A DNA stretch of 63,910 nt, the filler included. It is 5 parts of 5 records of this genome, joined end to end, with 100 filler letters (N's around TTAATTAATTAA, not from the genome) between each part and the next. Parts side by side here need not be neighbours in the genome. Positions count along the whole stretch, not along the records: positions 33,420 to 48,765 come from SRR31156797_270; positions 48,866 to 58,347 come from SRR31156797_273; 3 more parts are not named here. One strand, given 5' to 3'. The number at the start of each line of letters is the position of its first letter. Position 1 is the first letter of the stretch. Positions 40,358-49,932 of the stretch are shown here, piece by piece. The notes under the pieces were generated by a model. It had not been told where the DNA came from and did not search any database. It worked only from the letters and a program-made list of their open reading frames with translations. Both the position numbers and the translations under genes were made by a program.

Positions 40358-41475
40358 GATATTTCATACTCATAATTGCTACATCTCTGTTACTTTCTGG
40401 TTGTATTGGCAAGATAGATACATCAGTTCATATGAGCACCACTAAGATGCAGAACGGCGTCCCTCTGAGGATGCCTCAGAACTATAATGCAGCTATCACA
40501 GAGAGTGGGCAGGCTGTGATAACTAGGACATTTGTGATTTTTATGAATCAGGATGAACTCACACAGCTTGCCATGAGTGATGGTGTTACAGATAAAGCTT
40601 TAAGCAGAAATCAAAAGTCAGTATCGGCTCAGCAGCTTCATAAGGTTAAAGATGTTTTGGACGTTCATAAAGGCCTGCATATTGGCAAGAGAAATGACAT
40701 AAAGCAGAAGTCGAGCTATTTCATGAATGAGTCACAGGACAATATTAAGGCGTATTCCCACGTTTTAGGTCTAGACATCCTGAGCAGCTGTGAAATCAAA
40801 ATAAACGAGACTCTTATGTCTGGGCACGAGGGAACTGTTTTCTGCACATCTACTGTTCCATATCAATTTATTCAGCTGAATGGAGGAAATCTGTTGGGGA
40901 ATAATGAAAAGCATCCGGTGATTGTAGACAAAGGGTATGTAAATGGAATGTCTAAAAGGTATTTTAAGATGGAGCAGGATGACAACGGCAATATGGTGAT
41001 AACTGATGGTGGTGGACTGTTCAAAAAAGGTAAATATTTCAGCTCTGAAAAGTATCAGAAGTTTCAGCCACAAAGCCTGCTTGATGAAGCCTTTTGTAAT
41101 GCAAATTTAGAGCTGTTGAAAAAGCTTACTAAGAACCTACCTCTGAATGTTACTGTCGACAGTTTTATGGGAGGAGTAGTCAGGTTTAATCATAAAGGTG
41201 AAAAAGACGGTGTGCAACTTGGGCAGTTGTTTACAATCTACTCTGTGGACACTAAGTTCGCAAAACCGATTGGACTTGCAAAAGTCTATAGCACTCTTCC
41301 GCATATGGCAGAGCTTAAGGTCGTTTCATGGTCAGACAATTCACTGGTCAAGAAGGATATACAGAGGTTTAAGCAGGATGCCGCAGGCATCTTCAGGGCT
41401 GTGTCAATGGGGCTATCTGATGATTATGTCAAAGAGCAACAAACTGGGGGCATGTTTACATGTGGTTTAAATTAG
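40354..41475 (+). CDS. hypothetical lipoprotein, FlgT C-terminal-like domain
   Basis: Lipobox LSGC; GEKDGVQLGQLFTIY...PIGLAKV...AELKV. Confidence 0.7.
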   Translation: MRYFILIIATSLLLSGCIGKIDTSVHMSTTKMQNGVPLRMPQNYNAAITESGQAVITRTFVIFMNQDELTQLAMSDGVTDKALSRNQKSVSAQQLHKVKDVLDVHKGLHIGKRNDIKQKSSYFMNESQDNIKAYSHVLGLDILSSCEIKINETLMSGHEGTVFCTSTVPYQFIQLNGGNLLGNNEKHPVIVDKGYVNGMSKRYFKMEQDDNGNMVITDGGGLFKKGKYFSSEKYQKFQPQSLLDEAFCNANLELLKKLTKNLPLNVTVDSFMGGVVRFNHKGEKDGVQLGQLFTIYSVDTKFAKPIGLAKVYSTLPHMAELKVVSWSDNSLVKKDIQRFKQDAAGIFRAVSMGLSDDYVKEQQTGGMFTCGLN

Positions 41476-42608
41476 CGATTATAGCCTTGTTGGCTGTGAA
41501 TGTGTCAGCTCACGCAGAGTCTGTTATATCAGAAGGGATAGGTATGAACTGCGATGAGGCACTGAGAAATGCTCAGTATGAAGCCCTTATGAATAATAAT
41601 GTTGTCATGGAGATACAGGGCGAATATGTGAACTCGTCAGAGCTCAATGAAAGAGTTGCCGCTAGTGCAAACCACATAATATTGGGCACACAAGTAGTGA
41701 GCACACAAGATATGTTTGGCGGTAGGTGTAAAGTAGTAGCCAGAGTGGATATCTCACCTCAGGGTTTACGTAGTACTATCGAGAGCATCATGTCCAACAA
41801 GGCTCGGCTGAAAAATTTTCAGAAAAATGAGTTTGAAAAGCGTGAAATTCTTATTGTTTATAACGAAAATAGTGCAGATAAAACACTTCTTCCTAGAAGT
41901 TTTCCTGCTGTAGAGAGATTTCTTAATCTTTTGCGAACAGAACTCAGGCACAATCAGTTTGAAATTATTCTGATGGAAAGACCTGTCAGTTCGCCATATT
42001 TTAGCGAGGCTGTGAGGCAGGTTGATTTTACTGGTGGAGGTGATGTTGGGGTTATGGTTTCATTTTTCGCTAAAAGGAAGTGTTATAGCCAGAATGATTG
42101 TAAATATACAGGAGAAGTTGCTTTGGAAATGTTTGATCAAAAGAGTAAAACATCCTTGAGTGACAGAATTATTTATAGCGACACCACTTTTGGCAACAAG
42201 AACGATTCTCATCCTATTGCAAAAAACTTGGCTGCGAAACTCGCTCCGGTAGCATCACAAAATCTCTCAAAATCGGTAATAAAATATTTCAAAGTGAACA
42301 GAGCCGAATCAGGAAGCAATTACACCGTGGGTGTGTATGGCCTGAGTTCAAAAGCAACCACCGACTTTAAATATATGCTTTTGAAAAAGAATATGCTTGG
42401 TAACACTTGCAGAATGAGCGGAGATCAGAAGGTGGGGGATATGAGATTTACCTGTGACCTTGGTCAGAAATCTGTAGATATGTTTCAGGTAGAGATGGAA
42501 ATGATGCTTCAGAACGAACTACCTGATTTTTCAAAGAATGTTATGGAGTGCGAAATTAATAAAGATAAAAAGGCAAATAGATATATGTCTGCTTTTGTAT
42601 GTAAATAA
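41460..42608 (+). CDS. secreted protein with LPP20/FlgT-N-like N-terminal domain
   Basis: Signal peptide AHA|E; VISEGIG...DEALRNAQYEAL; several Cys pairs. Confidence 0.7.
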   Translation: MWFKLAIIALLAVNVSAHAESVISEGIGMNCDEALRNAQYEALMNNNVVMEIQGEYVNSSELNERVAASANHIILGTQVVSTQDMFGGRCKVVARVDISPQGLRSTIESIMSNKARLKNFQKNEFEKREILIVYNENSADKTLLPRSFPAVERFLNLLRTELRHNQFEIILMERPVSSPYFSEAVRQVDFTGGGDVGVMVSFFAKRKCYSQNDCKYTGEVALEMFDQKSKTSLSDRIIYSDTTFGNKNDSHPIAKNLAAKLAPVASQNLSKSVIKYFKVNRAESGSNYTVGVYGLSSKATTDFKYMLLKKNMLGNTCRMSGDQKVGDMRFTCDLGQKSVDMFQVEMEMMLQNELPDFSKNVMECEINKDKKANRYMSAFVCK

Positions 42609-42623
42609 GCCTAGGAGGATATT

Positions 42624-43019
42624 ATGAAGAAACTTATTGTATTAGCTGTTTTTGCTTTTAGTGCTGTTTCAGGGGTTGCATTTGAGAACCATGAAACAGA
42701 GCACGGAACATTTATAATTGAGGCGTCTGGTTCTGCCTGCCTTGAGGATTTTAGTAACCACAGAAACAAAACCATGCGTGCTGCAAAATACGAGATCAAA
42801 GCAGACTGCATAGAATCTACGAAAGCATATGTAAATAGTGCTGGTAAGTATGATGGTGATTCTCTGGAGATGCTTATTACAAGTATCGCAAAGGGGATGG
42901 TGAGGGTCTTGGAGACTAAGGAGAAGCACTGGGAGCAGGAGAGTTTAGGTGGTGCTGTTAAAAACTGCTATTACATTGACGTAATCTGTGAAGTCGCACC
43001 TCTTACGAAGGAGAGATAG
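42624..43019 (+). CDS. small secreted LPP20/FlgT-N-like protein
   Basis: Signal peptide; IIEASGSAC...MRAAKYEIKADCIE; AGGAGG RBS. Confidence 0.65.
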   Translation: MKKLIVLAVFAFSAVSGVAFENHETEHGTFIIEASGSACLEDFSNHRNKTMRAAKYEIKADCIESTKAYVNSAGKYDGDSLEMLITSIAKGMVRVLETKEKHWEQESLGGAVKNCYYIDVICEVAPLTKER

Positions 43020-43020
43020 C

Positions 43021-44160
43021 ATGAGATATCATAGGCTTTTTTTGCTGGTAGTTTTACTGGTCAGTTTTAATGTGTCGGCTCGAGATGTTTTTTCAGACTT
43101 TGATCGTTTCGAGAAAAAGGTTGATTCGGATTTTAAGACAACCAGTAGCGACTATGAAAAAGCTTATGATGATGCAGTAACGAAATATAATAAAACATAT
43201 AAGAGCTTTACAGATAAAATAGATAGCATGTGGGGAGATAGGCAAACCACTGATACTAAAAAGTGGGTGCAATATTCCCCTGATCTTTCAGACAGGGCTG
43301 TTGTTGATTTTGAAAATGGTGTTATCAATATTGAGACTGTCAGCAGCAGTAGCAATCCCGATATAAACGTAATGAAAGACCGTCTGAATAGTATCCTGAG
43401 TGATACATTTGCAACTGCTCAGTCTAAGGATCCGGTTCTTTCGGTATTTAATAATTCAAAAGGTAAGACTGACAAGGGTAAGCTCCTGTCAGCTTTTCTT
43501 AATAATGACGGCGGTAGTGTTAAAAAAAATCTGGCAAACAACAAAGTGCATACCTCCAAACTTGTCCAAAACAAATACAAGCACACAGTAAAAATAAAAC
43601 TTCCAAAAAATATTTACCTCAACAAAGCAGAAGCTTTAAAAGAGACAGTGCTTGCTTTCTCCAAAATGTACTCATTGCCGCCGTCACTTATCTATGCTGT
43701 GATTCATACTGAAAGTGCCTTTAATCCTATGGCGACATCTCACATTCCTGCCTTTGGGCTGATGCAAATTGTGCCCAAGTCAGCAGGTTTAGATGTGTCT
43801 GTATTTCTTACAGGCAATAAAAAGATTTATTCACCAGATTATCTTTACACAGAAGATAAAAATATTGAGGTTGGAGCAACATATCTTCATATTCTGAATT
43901 CGAGATACCTTCGGTCAATATCAAATCCAGAAAGCAGAATATACTGTATAATATGCGCCTACAATACAGGAGCAGGTAATGTCGCAAAAGCATTTATCGG
44001 TAGCTCAAATATCAAGAAAGCAGCAGTAGTGATCAATAAGCTGTCTCCCGAACAGGTTTACAACACTTTAATCAAAAAACTGCCTTATGAAGAAACAAGA
44101 AAATATCTGAAACTGGTATCATCCAGAAAAGATAGCTACTCTAATACCATTTCAAATTGA
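43021..44160 (+). CDS. MltC-like lytic transglycosylase (DUF3393 + SLT)
   Basis: WVQYS..DRAVVDFENG (DUF3393); IHTESAFNP, FGLMQIVP, AYNTG, ETRKYL. Confidence 0.9.
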   Translation: MRYHRLFLLVVLLVSFNVSARDVFSDFDRFEKKVDSDFKTTSSDYEKAYDDAVTKYNKTYKSFTDKIDSMWGDRQTTDTKKWVQYSPDLSDRAVVDFENGVINIETVSSSSNPDINVMKDRLNSILSDTFATAQSKDPVLSVFNNSKGKTDKGKLLSAFLNNDGGSVKKNLANNKVHTSKLVQNKYKHTVKIKLPKNIYLNKAEALKETVLAFSKMYSLPPSLIYAVIHTESAFNPMATSHIPAFGLMQIVPKSAGLDVSVFLTGNKKIYSPDYLYTEDKNIEVGATYLHILNSRYLRSISNPESRIYCIICAYNTGAGNVAKAFIGSSNIKKAAVVINKLSPEQVYNTLIKKLPYEETRKYLKLVSSRKDSYSNTISN

Positions 44161-44542
44161 ACTTAAAATTGTCCTTGTCACAACGAAGGCGGTCGTGAGT
44201 AGATATGAGCGGTGAGAAACCCTTTAAAGCAAGGTGCTCAAGACCGTATAAGGGTGTAGTAATTGCAATTAAAGTTGTCCATCTATAAATATAATTTTTA
44301 AAGGATTTGTTGCTTGGTAAAATCTTAATACGTAAAATGTTTATGTTGCTATAACTGTGAAGGATTTCGTAACGTTTTCAAAGTAAAAGCTCTTATGGAT
44401 AAAACTTATTATTACCACTGAGCAGGATAGGTATATTCTAATATACGAAGGATAGGACGATAAGAATGAAATTCTACAAAAGCAAATTATACATTTGATT
44501 TCGGCTTATTCAAGTTGAAATGATTTCTCAGAATCAGTCAGG

Positions 44543-45619
44543 TTAAAAATACTTTGAGATCAGTTTTTTATATTTTCCATCCTTAACATAATCTATAACA
44601 TTTTTTCCTGTAGAATCGGTAAGCTTTATATCTGCATTATTATCTAAAAGGGCTTTTACAACCTCATACCTATCAGCCTTTAAAGCCTTAATAAGTGGTG
44701 TTGCTTCAGTTTCTAACTCTCTGGCATTAACATCACCTCCGAGCTTGATAATCTTAGATATATGGTTTGCTGTGATGCTCGTATTCTCTGCGGCTGCTAT
44801 AAGAGAAGGTATTTTTGAAAATTTATCGTCTATGATTAAATCTTTACTAAGGAAGTGGTCTATGGTATCTTGCCTAGCTCCTTTGCTGAGTGCTTCTGAG
44901 AATATATGATTCCCATTAACTGTTTTTGTATTTATATTAGTTTTTTCTAGAATTTTATCAGTTAGATTATGATGTTTGTACTCAATTGCATCAATGAGAT
45001 ACCTCTCACCTTCGTCGATTGGGAATCCTTCCTTTATCATAAAGTTGGCTTTGGAATGACGTCTACCTTTTCTCAAGGCCAGATTGAGAAGGTCTATATC
45101 ATTTCCATTTTCATCTTCAAATGTTTCATAAATATCAGCACCCATATCGATAAGTTGCTTTGTGGAAGAAAAATTACCATACTCTATGGAAAGACGAAGA
45201 AGAGAGTTGTTATATATATCTTTATTATTAATTCTTTCAGGAAACTTTTTTAAATAGGGTTCTAGATTAACAGGAATTCCCGATCTGAGTGCTGTGTGCA
45301 TTATGGTTCCATCTAAATATTTTTCTAGATAATTTGTTGAGTCTCTATCTATTTTTTCTAAAAAATTACTCCAACTCTCTTTAGTCAGGTTATTAGGGTC
45401 AATTTCAGCTTCCATTAACATTTTTTTGAGATTATCGGGGAGTGAGCACTCGTTATTTGATTCATCGCCAGAAACAACTCGATACTCAATAAGTGGTTTT
45501 GGCGGAGCTTTTGATTCTTCAGCTTCTGACTTGGTAGTTTTTTGTCTCTGTTTGAGCACTATCCCTGCTGAGAAGGATATTATAAACAAAACTAAAAATA
45601 CTAATATATTCTTGTGCAT
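44543..45619 (-). CDS. membrane-anchored ankyrin-repeat protein
   Basis: N-terminal TM; repeats such as TPLIKALKADRYEVVKALLDNNAD. Confidence 0.82.
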   Translation of the reverse strand: MHKNILVFLVLFIISFSAGIVLKQRQKTTKSEAEESKAPPKPLIEYRVVSGDESNNECSLPDNLKKMLMEAEIDPNNLTKESWSNFLEKIDRDSTNYLEKYLDGTIMHTALRSGIPVNLEPYLKKFPERINNKDIYNNSLLRLSIEYGNFSSTKQLIDMGADIYETFEDENGNDIDLLNLALRKGRRHSKANFMIKEGFPIDEGERYLIDAIEYKHHNLTDKILEKTNINTKTVNGNHIFSEALSKGARQDTIDHFLSKDLIIDDKFSKIPSLIAAAENTSITANHISKIIKLGGDVNARELETEATPLIKALKADRYEVVKALLDNNADIKLTDSTGKNVIDYVKDGKYKKLISKYF

Positions 45620-45628
45620 TATTCTCTC

Positions 45629-46711
45629 TCAATTATAACTGTCAAGTATTTTGGTGAATTCTTCTCTTTCAAATTTGCTAAATCGGCGATCCTTTAGAAT
45701 AGAGTAAACATCCTCTCCTTTCCTGTTAAGAGTGTACTTATCAGCTCCATTTTTTAAAAGCACTTTAACAACATCCAACTTTTTATATTGAATGGCATCG
45801 AAAAGAGGTGTTCGCCCCATGTATCCGACAGCATTGACATCTGCACCGAGTTTAATAAATTCAGCAATTTGCACACTTTCGATGCTACTGTTCATGACAG
45901 CAGCATGCAGGGGAGGAAAAGCATTATGTCCTATGTCCAAGTTGATCTTATGATCAATAATATGTTTTATTCCTATTCCTGTTTTATCGTGTTGTATAAC
46001 GGCTAATACAGAAGGCGAAACCATTTTGCTTTTACTGTAAGTATCAGGTTCAGATAAATCTGTATTTTTTAGAATTAGATTAAGATATTTATTATTTTTT
46101 TCTGAGTTAGCGAATGCCGCTTTAATGTAATCATTACCATTTTCAAAAGATAGTCCCTGCTCAATCAGTAGATCCATTATTTCTAAACTTTCTTTTGAGG
46201 ATGATTTCAATGCAGCTGTAAGAAGATTATTTTTGTGATCAAAAACAAGGTTTGCTCCATGTTTGATTAGCAGTTCTACACTATCTAAATGCCCCTCTCT
46301 TACTGCGTAATATATGGGGGTAAAACCTTTCCAGTTTGTACTGTTTATCTGGTCTGGATATTCATTTAGCAGAAACTCATTTTTCTTAAGCTCTCCAGTT
46401 GATGCTAAAAGATGAATAAATCCAATATGTGAGGGGGTATTGTAGTTGTCAATTGTTTTCAAAGCAAAAGCTTCAACGGTGTCTTCGTAATTACTTTTTA
46501 TAGGCAGTTTATCATCAGCTAGGCTTTTTGATATGAAGTATGGGATGCATTTCTCTTCATTGTCTCTATTCTGCTCTTTAGTTATAATAATTACTTCCGG
46601 TTTTTTGATATCAGGTTTAATTTCTCTCTTATGAATTTTGTCAGAAGTAGGAATGTAAAGACCTGATAGAAAACCAATAATGATGATTGAGACTGATATG
46701 ATATATTTCAT
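45629..46711 (-). CDS. membrane-anchored ankyrin-repeat protein
   Basis: N-terminal TM; GFTPIYYAVREGHLDSVELLIKHGA, GRTPLFDAI. Confidence 0.85.
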   Translation of the reverse strand: MKYIISVSIIIIGFLSGLYIPTSDKIHKREIKPDIKKPEVIIITKEQNRDNEEKCIPYFISKSLADDKLPIKSNYEDTVEAFALKTIDNYNTPSHIGFIHLLASTGELKKNEFLLNEYPDQINSTNWKGFTPIYYAVREGHLDSVELLIKHGANLVFDHKNNLLTAALKSSSKESLEIMDLLIEQGLSFENGNDYIKAAFANSEKNNKYLNLILKNTDLSEPDTYSKSKMVSPSVLAVIQHDKTGIGIKHIIDHKINLDIGHNAFPPLHAAVMNSSIESVQIAEFIKLGADVNAVGYMGRTPLFDAIQYKKLDVVKVLLKNGADKYTLNRKGEDVYSILKDRRFSKFEREEFTKILDSYN

Positions 46712-46895
46712 TAATAATCCAAAGTTTAGTTTGTAATAGTTATAAATTCACATTTTTTAATCAGATTAATACTTTAAACTCTTATTCACATGGCTTAAAT
46801 ATTATTTTCACAAATCAAATATAGATACTCATTAAGCATACAGTGTTATTAATAGCTAACTTGATAATATATTTGTTAATTGATGCTGTCAATAT

Positions 46896-46914
46896 GATAA
46901 TGATAGTCATTATA
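46896..46914. promoter_or_regulatory. Fur box 1, next to a minus-strand sigma70 promoter (TTGACA 46892-46887, 17 nt, TATTAT 46869-46864)
   Basis: GATAATGATAGTCATTATA, 17/19 match to GATAATGATAATCATTATC. Confidence 0.7.
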
Positions 46915-47021
46915 GATATTGTAATCTGATTTTGTTAAATTAATAGCCTTACTAATAGATATTTATGCTAATTATATAAATTAAAGTATTATTTATCTAT
47001 TGACAAATGGACAATTGTTTT

Positions 47022-47040
47022 GATAATGATAATCAATATA
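47022..47040. promoter_or_regulatory. Fur box 2, overlapping the -10 region of a plus-strand promoter (TTGACA 47000-47005)
   Basis: GATAATGATAATCAATATA, 17/19 match to consensus. Confidence 0.75.
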
Positions 47041-47112
47041 ATGTGTCTAGTTAGAGTGTCCGGTTTTGAGATCACGCATAGTGATAAATTGTATGGGTTA
47101 TGGAGTTTGTTT

Positions 47113-47270
47113 ATGGATAAGTTTAAAACATCACGCAGATCGTTCATCAAAAGTTCAGCAGCTATTCTTGCCACAACAGCTGTGGGGGGGGGCGGAGCTA
47201 TGGACTTAGTAGTTAGATTAACGGGATCTGGTCGTGGAGGAGTTGTATGGATTACAGACGAATGTCATAT
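47113..47270 (+). pseudogene. truncated Tat-exported protein (twin-arginine signal only)
   Basis: MDKFKTSRRSFIKSSAAILATTAVGG; GGAG RBS; reading runs into the IS remnant. Confidence 0.6.
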
Positions 47271-47719
47271 AATAAAGGCTATCACTCATGAAATCTATAG
47301 ACCAGCACTGGTTAATAGATTCTGGAACATATAAAGGGCTAGTATACCTATCAGAAAGCCTTCTTTTACCCTTATGCCTTATATTTAGTTTCAGATTATA
47401 ATAAACCCTATGAATCCGCTTATGATTCCTCGCTTCTCTAAGCTGAGATTGGCAAAACATCTGCTTCATCTTCCAGTTTTTTTAATTTCTTCACATCAGA
47501 GGCTTCCATACCTCCGTATTTAGACTTCCAATTAGGGTATGTACCGTCACCTATACCATATTCCCGACAGAAATTTTTGACCTGTCTGCCAGCTTCGGCT
47601 TCTTTCAGTATTTTTACTATTTGTGTTTCTGAAAATCGACTACGTTTCATCGAGTCCTCCTAAAATATTTTATCGAAGAACGCTAATTATGAAAGGCACT
47701 ATTTTATAGGAGAACGTCA
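47270..47719 (-). mobile_element. IS3-family (IS407-group-like) remnant with internal deletion
   Basis: OrfA MKRSRFSETQIVKILKEAEAG...WKSKYGGM; OrfB fragment NHKRIHRVY...NQCWSIDFMSD; left IR TGACGTTCTCCTATAAAATAGTGCCTTTC. Confidence 0.88.
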
Positions 47720-47886
47720 TTGTTTGTTAAATAACATAACTTATTTCTGGCGGTTGTGTTTATCGCACTTATTTTGTGATGGATGCTGATACTCGGTTTC
47801 AATCCATAATAAATATAAAAATGTTATGTTTATTATTTGCACTATAACTTACACTTTGTTAATGTGGAGATGGGGAGGGTCCCATT

Positions 47887-48765
47887 ATGAAAATATCTAG
47901 TTATTTTGCAAAGTTATTTTTCAGACGTTCATTTCAATTACCTTCAATTGTTCTATTTATTTATTTTTTATTTGCTACGATTTTTTTGAGTGCTAATGCA
48001 CATGCTCAATTGTTGAATAGCTATGGGTTTGAGGAGAATTTTGATGGTACAACCAATAGGCTTGGAGGCACCTTGACCTACAGCGATGGCGTATCAGGAT
48101 TCTCCGCAGTCTTTGATGGCAGTGATGCTTATGACATTACAAAGAGTTTTCAGGGTGATTTTACAATACTTTTCTGGATGAAAACCACTCAGGCTGGTGT
48201 CGGAAATACTGATGAATGGTACTTAGGTGCCGGTTTGGTCGATAATGACGCAGACGGTGATCAGAATGATATGGGGATTTCCCTTACTCAGAATAAGGTT
48301 AGCGTAGGTGTTGGTGCTTTCGCAGGTTACACTAATATCTCTTCTGCAAGTGATGTAAACACAGGAAACTGGGTTCATGTCGCTGTTACTAGGGTGCAAT
48401 CAACAGGTTTGTTTAGACTTTTCATCAACGGAACCATGGAGGCTGAAGCCTTTGGGTATACCGGCTTATTAGACTCAAATGATTTACTGACAGTTGGGCT
48501 GGTTGCAACTCATCCAGACCAAACTGCCTATGTTGGAGAGCTGGATGAATTAGAAATCTATGACGAAGTTATTTCAGATGCTGATATTCAAGCTGACTAC
48601 GATAGTGCTGATTACGGCAATGATGCACCTGCTATAACGAGTACGGCAGGCACAACAGCAACAGAAGATACATTATATACATACACAGCGTCCGTGAGTG
48701 ATCCAGACGACTCAAACGACGGGACTGAGCTTACGTGGAGCCTTTCAAATGCTCCATCCGGCATG
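47887..48765 (+). CDS. large secreted adhesin-like protein, LamG + Ig/cadherin-like repeat (3' truncated)
   Basis: FTILFWMKT, WVHVAVTR, LFING, GELDELEIYD; NDAPAITST...YTYTASVSDPD. Confidence 0.82.
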
Positions 48766-48865
48766 NNNNNNNNNNNNNNNNNNNNNNNNNNNNNNNNNNN
48801 NNNNNNNNNTTAATTAATTAANNNNNNNNNNNNNNNNNNNNNNNNNNNNNNNNNNNNNNNNNNNN
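48766..48865. other. artificial contig spacer
   Basis: N-run with TTAATTAATTAA. Confidence 0.97.
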
Positions 48866-48866
48866 T

Positions 48867-48901
48867 AGAAAGCTCAGCGTAATGCTGGGCTTTCTCGTTT
48901 T
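48867..48901. terminator. intrinsic terminator
   Basis: AAAGCTCAGC-GTAAT-GCTGGGCTTT followed by a T-rich tract. Confidence 0.65.
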
Positions 48902-48937
48902 GTGTTTTGAGAAAATACATTCGAACAGAATGGAGCG

Positions 48938-49810
48938 TTAGTAAAATAAGCAATCGGCCTTTTTGCTTTGATTGGCTTGAATGGTTTTAAACCCTTTCTC
49001 TTGCAGGAGCTCTATGACGTTACCGTCACCAATGAGATGGAGAGCTCCGACGATCATGACGTACTTTCCGTCCGGTTTTGGTAGAAAGTGTTCAGAGCTC
49101 AGTTTTTGAGCCCAATCTTGGTTGCGAGAATGAACAAAAGCTTGCTCCATTTCAGGAGACATTTCGGTTAGGTGCATCATTTTTTCTAAGTTGTTGCTGT
49201 CACCTGCTTTCCAGCTATCAATCATACATTGGGTCATCTCTTTATTTGTTTCCCAATCATCGATGATACTCACGAGTAGCTCTTTGCCATCTTCTGGTTG
49301 ATGCGTTAACAAATCGATTTGAAATTGCATCGTTTCAAAAGGGATTAAAGGGATTTGCTTTTTTTTGGCTAAAGACATTAAGTGAAGATCAACGCCATCT
49401 TCAGTGTGGTATCCAAGCTTCTGAAGTTGCAAAAATTGCAACGAGAGTGCTGCACTCCATGGCGGTAGTGCATGAATCTTTTCTGAATTGAGTCCAAACT
49501 CCGTCGTAATTTTATCAAGGTTGAAAAGTTGCTCTGGGGAAAGCACCTGCTTTGAAGTGAGATTTTTTGTAGGGTATTGAATGTTCTGTGGCTGAGAGGT
49601 ATCGGACTCAACAATCAATCCATCACTGGTGACTAAAGCTTGGTAGATAGCATTGGGAAGAGGATACATTGATGGATGTCCAACATGCACTGAGCCAATA
49701 ATCGTGAGTTCAACTTTACCGTTTGTTACATGCCAGTACAAAGGCTCTGCTTGAGCACTAAAGACAACAAAAGGAACTATCCAGCGAAAGATTCGCGATA
49801 ATGGCAACAT
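48938..49810 (-). CDS. TraB/GumN family protein
   Basis: IIGSVHVG, GVDLHL, FETMQFQ, RNQDW, IVGALHL; likely ATG at 49810. Confidence 0.88.
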   Translation of the reverse strand: MLPLSRIFRWIVPFVVFSAQAEPLYWHVTNGKVELTIIGSVHVGHPSMYPLPNAIYQALVTSDGLIVESDTSQPQNIQYPTKNLTSKQVLSPEQLFNLDKITTEFGLNSEKIHALPPWSAALSLQFLQLQKLGYHTEDGVDLHLMSLAKKKQIPLIPFETMQFQIDLLTHQPEDGKELLVSIIDDWETNKEMTQCMIDSWKAGDSNNLEKMMHLTEMSPEMEQAFVHSRNQDWAQKLSSEHFLPKPDGKYVMIVGALHLIGDGNVIELLQEKGFKTIQANQSKKADCLFY

Positions 49811-49932
49811 GTTACAACCTTGCTCTTCTATAAATAACGCAATGAATGAGCTGAGATTAGCTGATTTCATTGCGATTAGCCATTGAACGAAGGCTGCGCC
49901 TCTTTCGACTGAGGCGCAAAAATTAATATTAA

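Noticed and set aside
47020-47334. 104-aa ORF as a real gene
   Set aside because: Starts inside a Fur box/promoter and ends in antisense IS sequence; only the Tat leader from 47113 is credible
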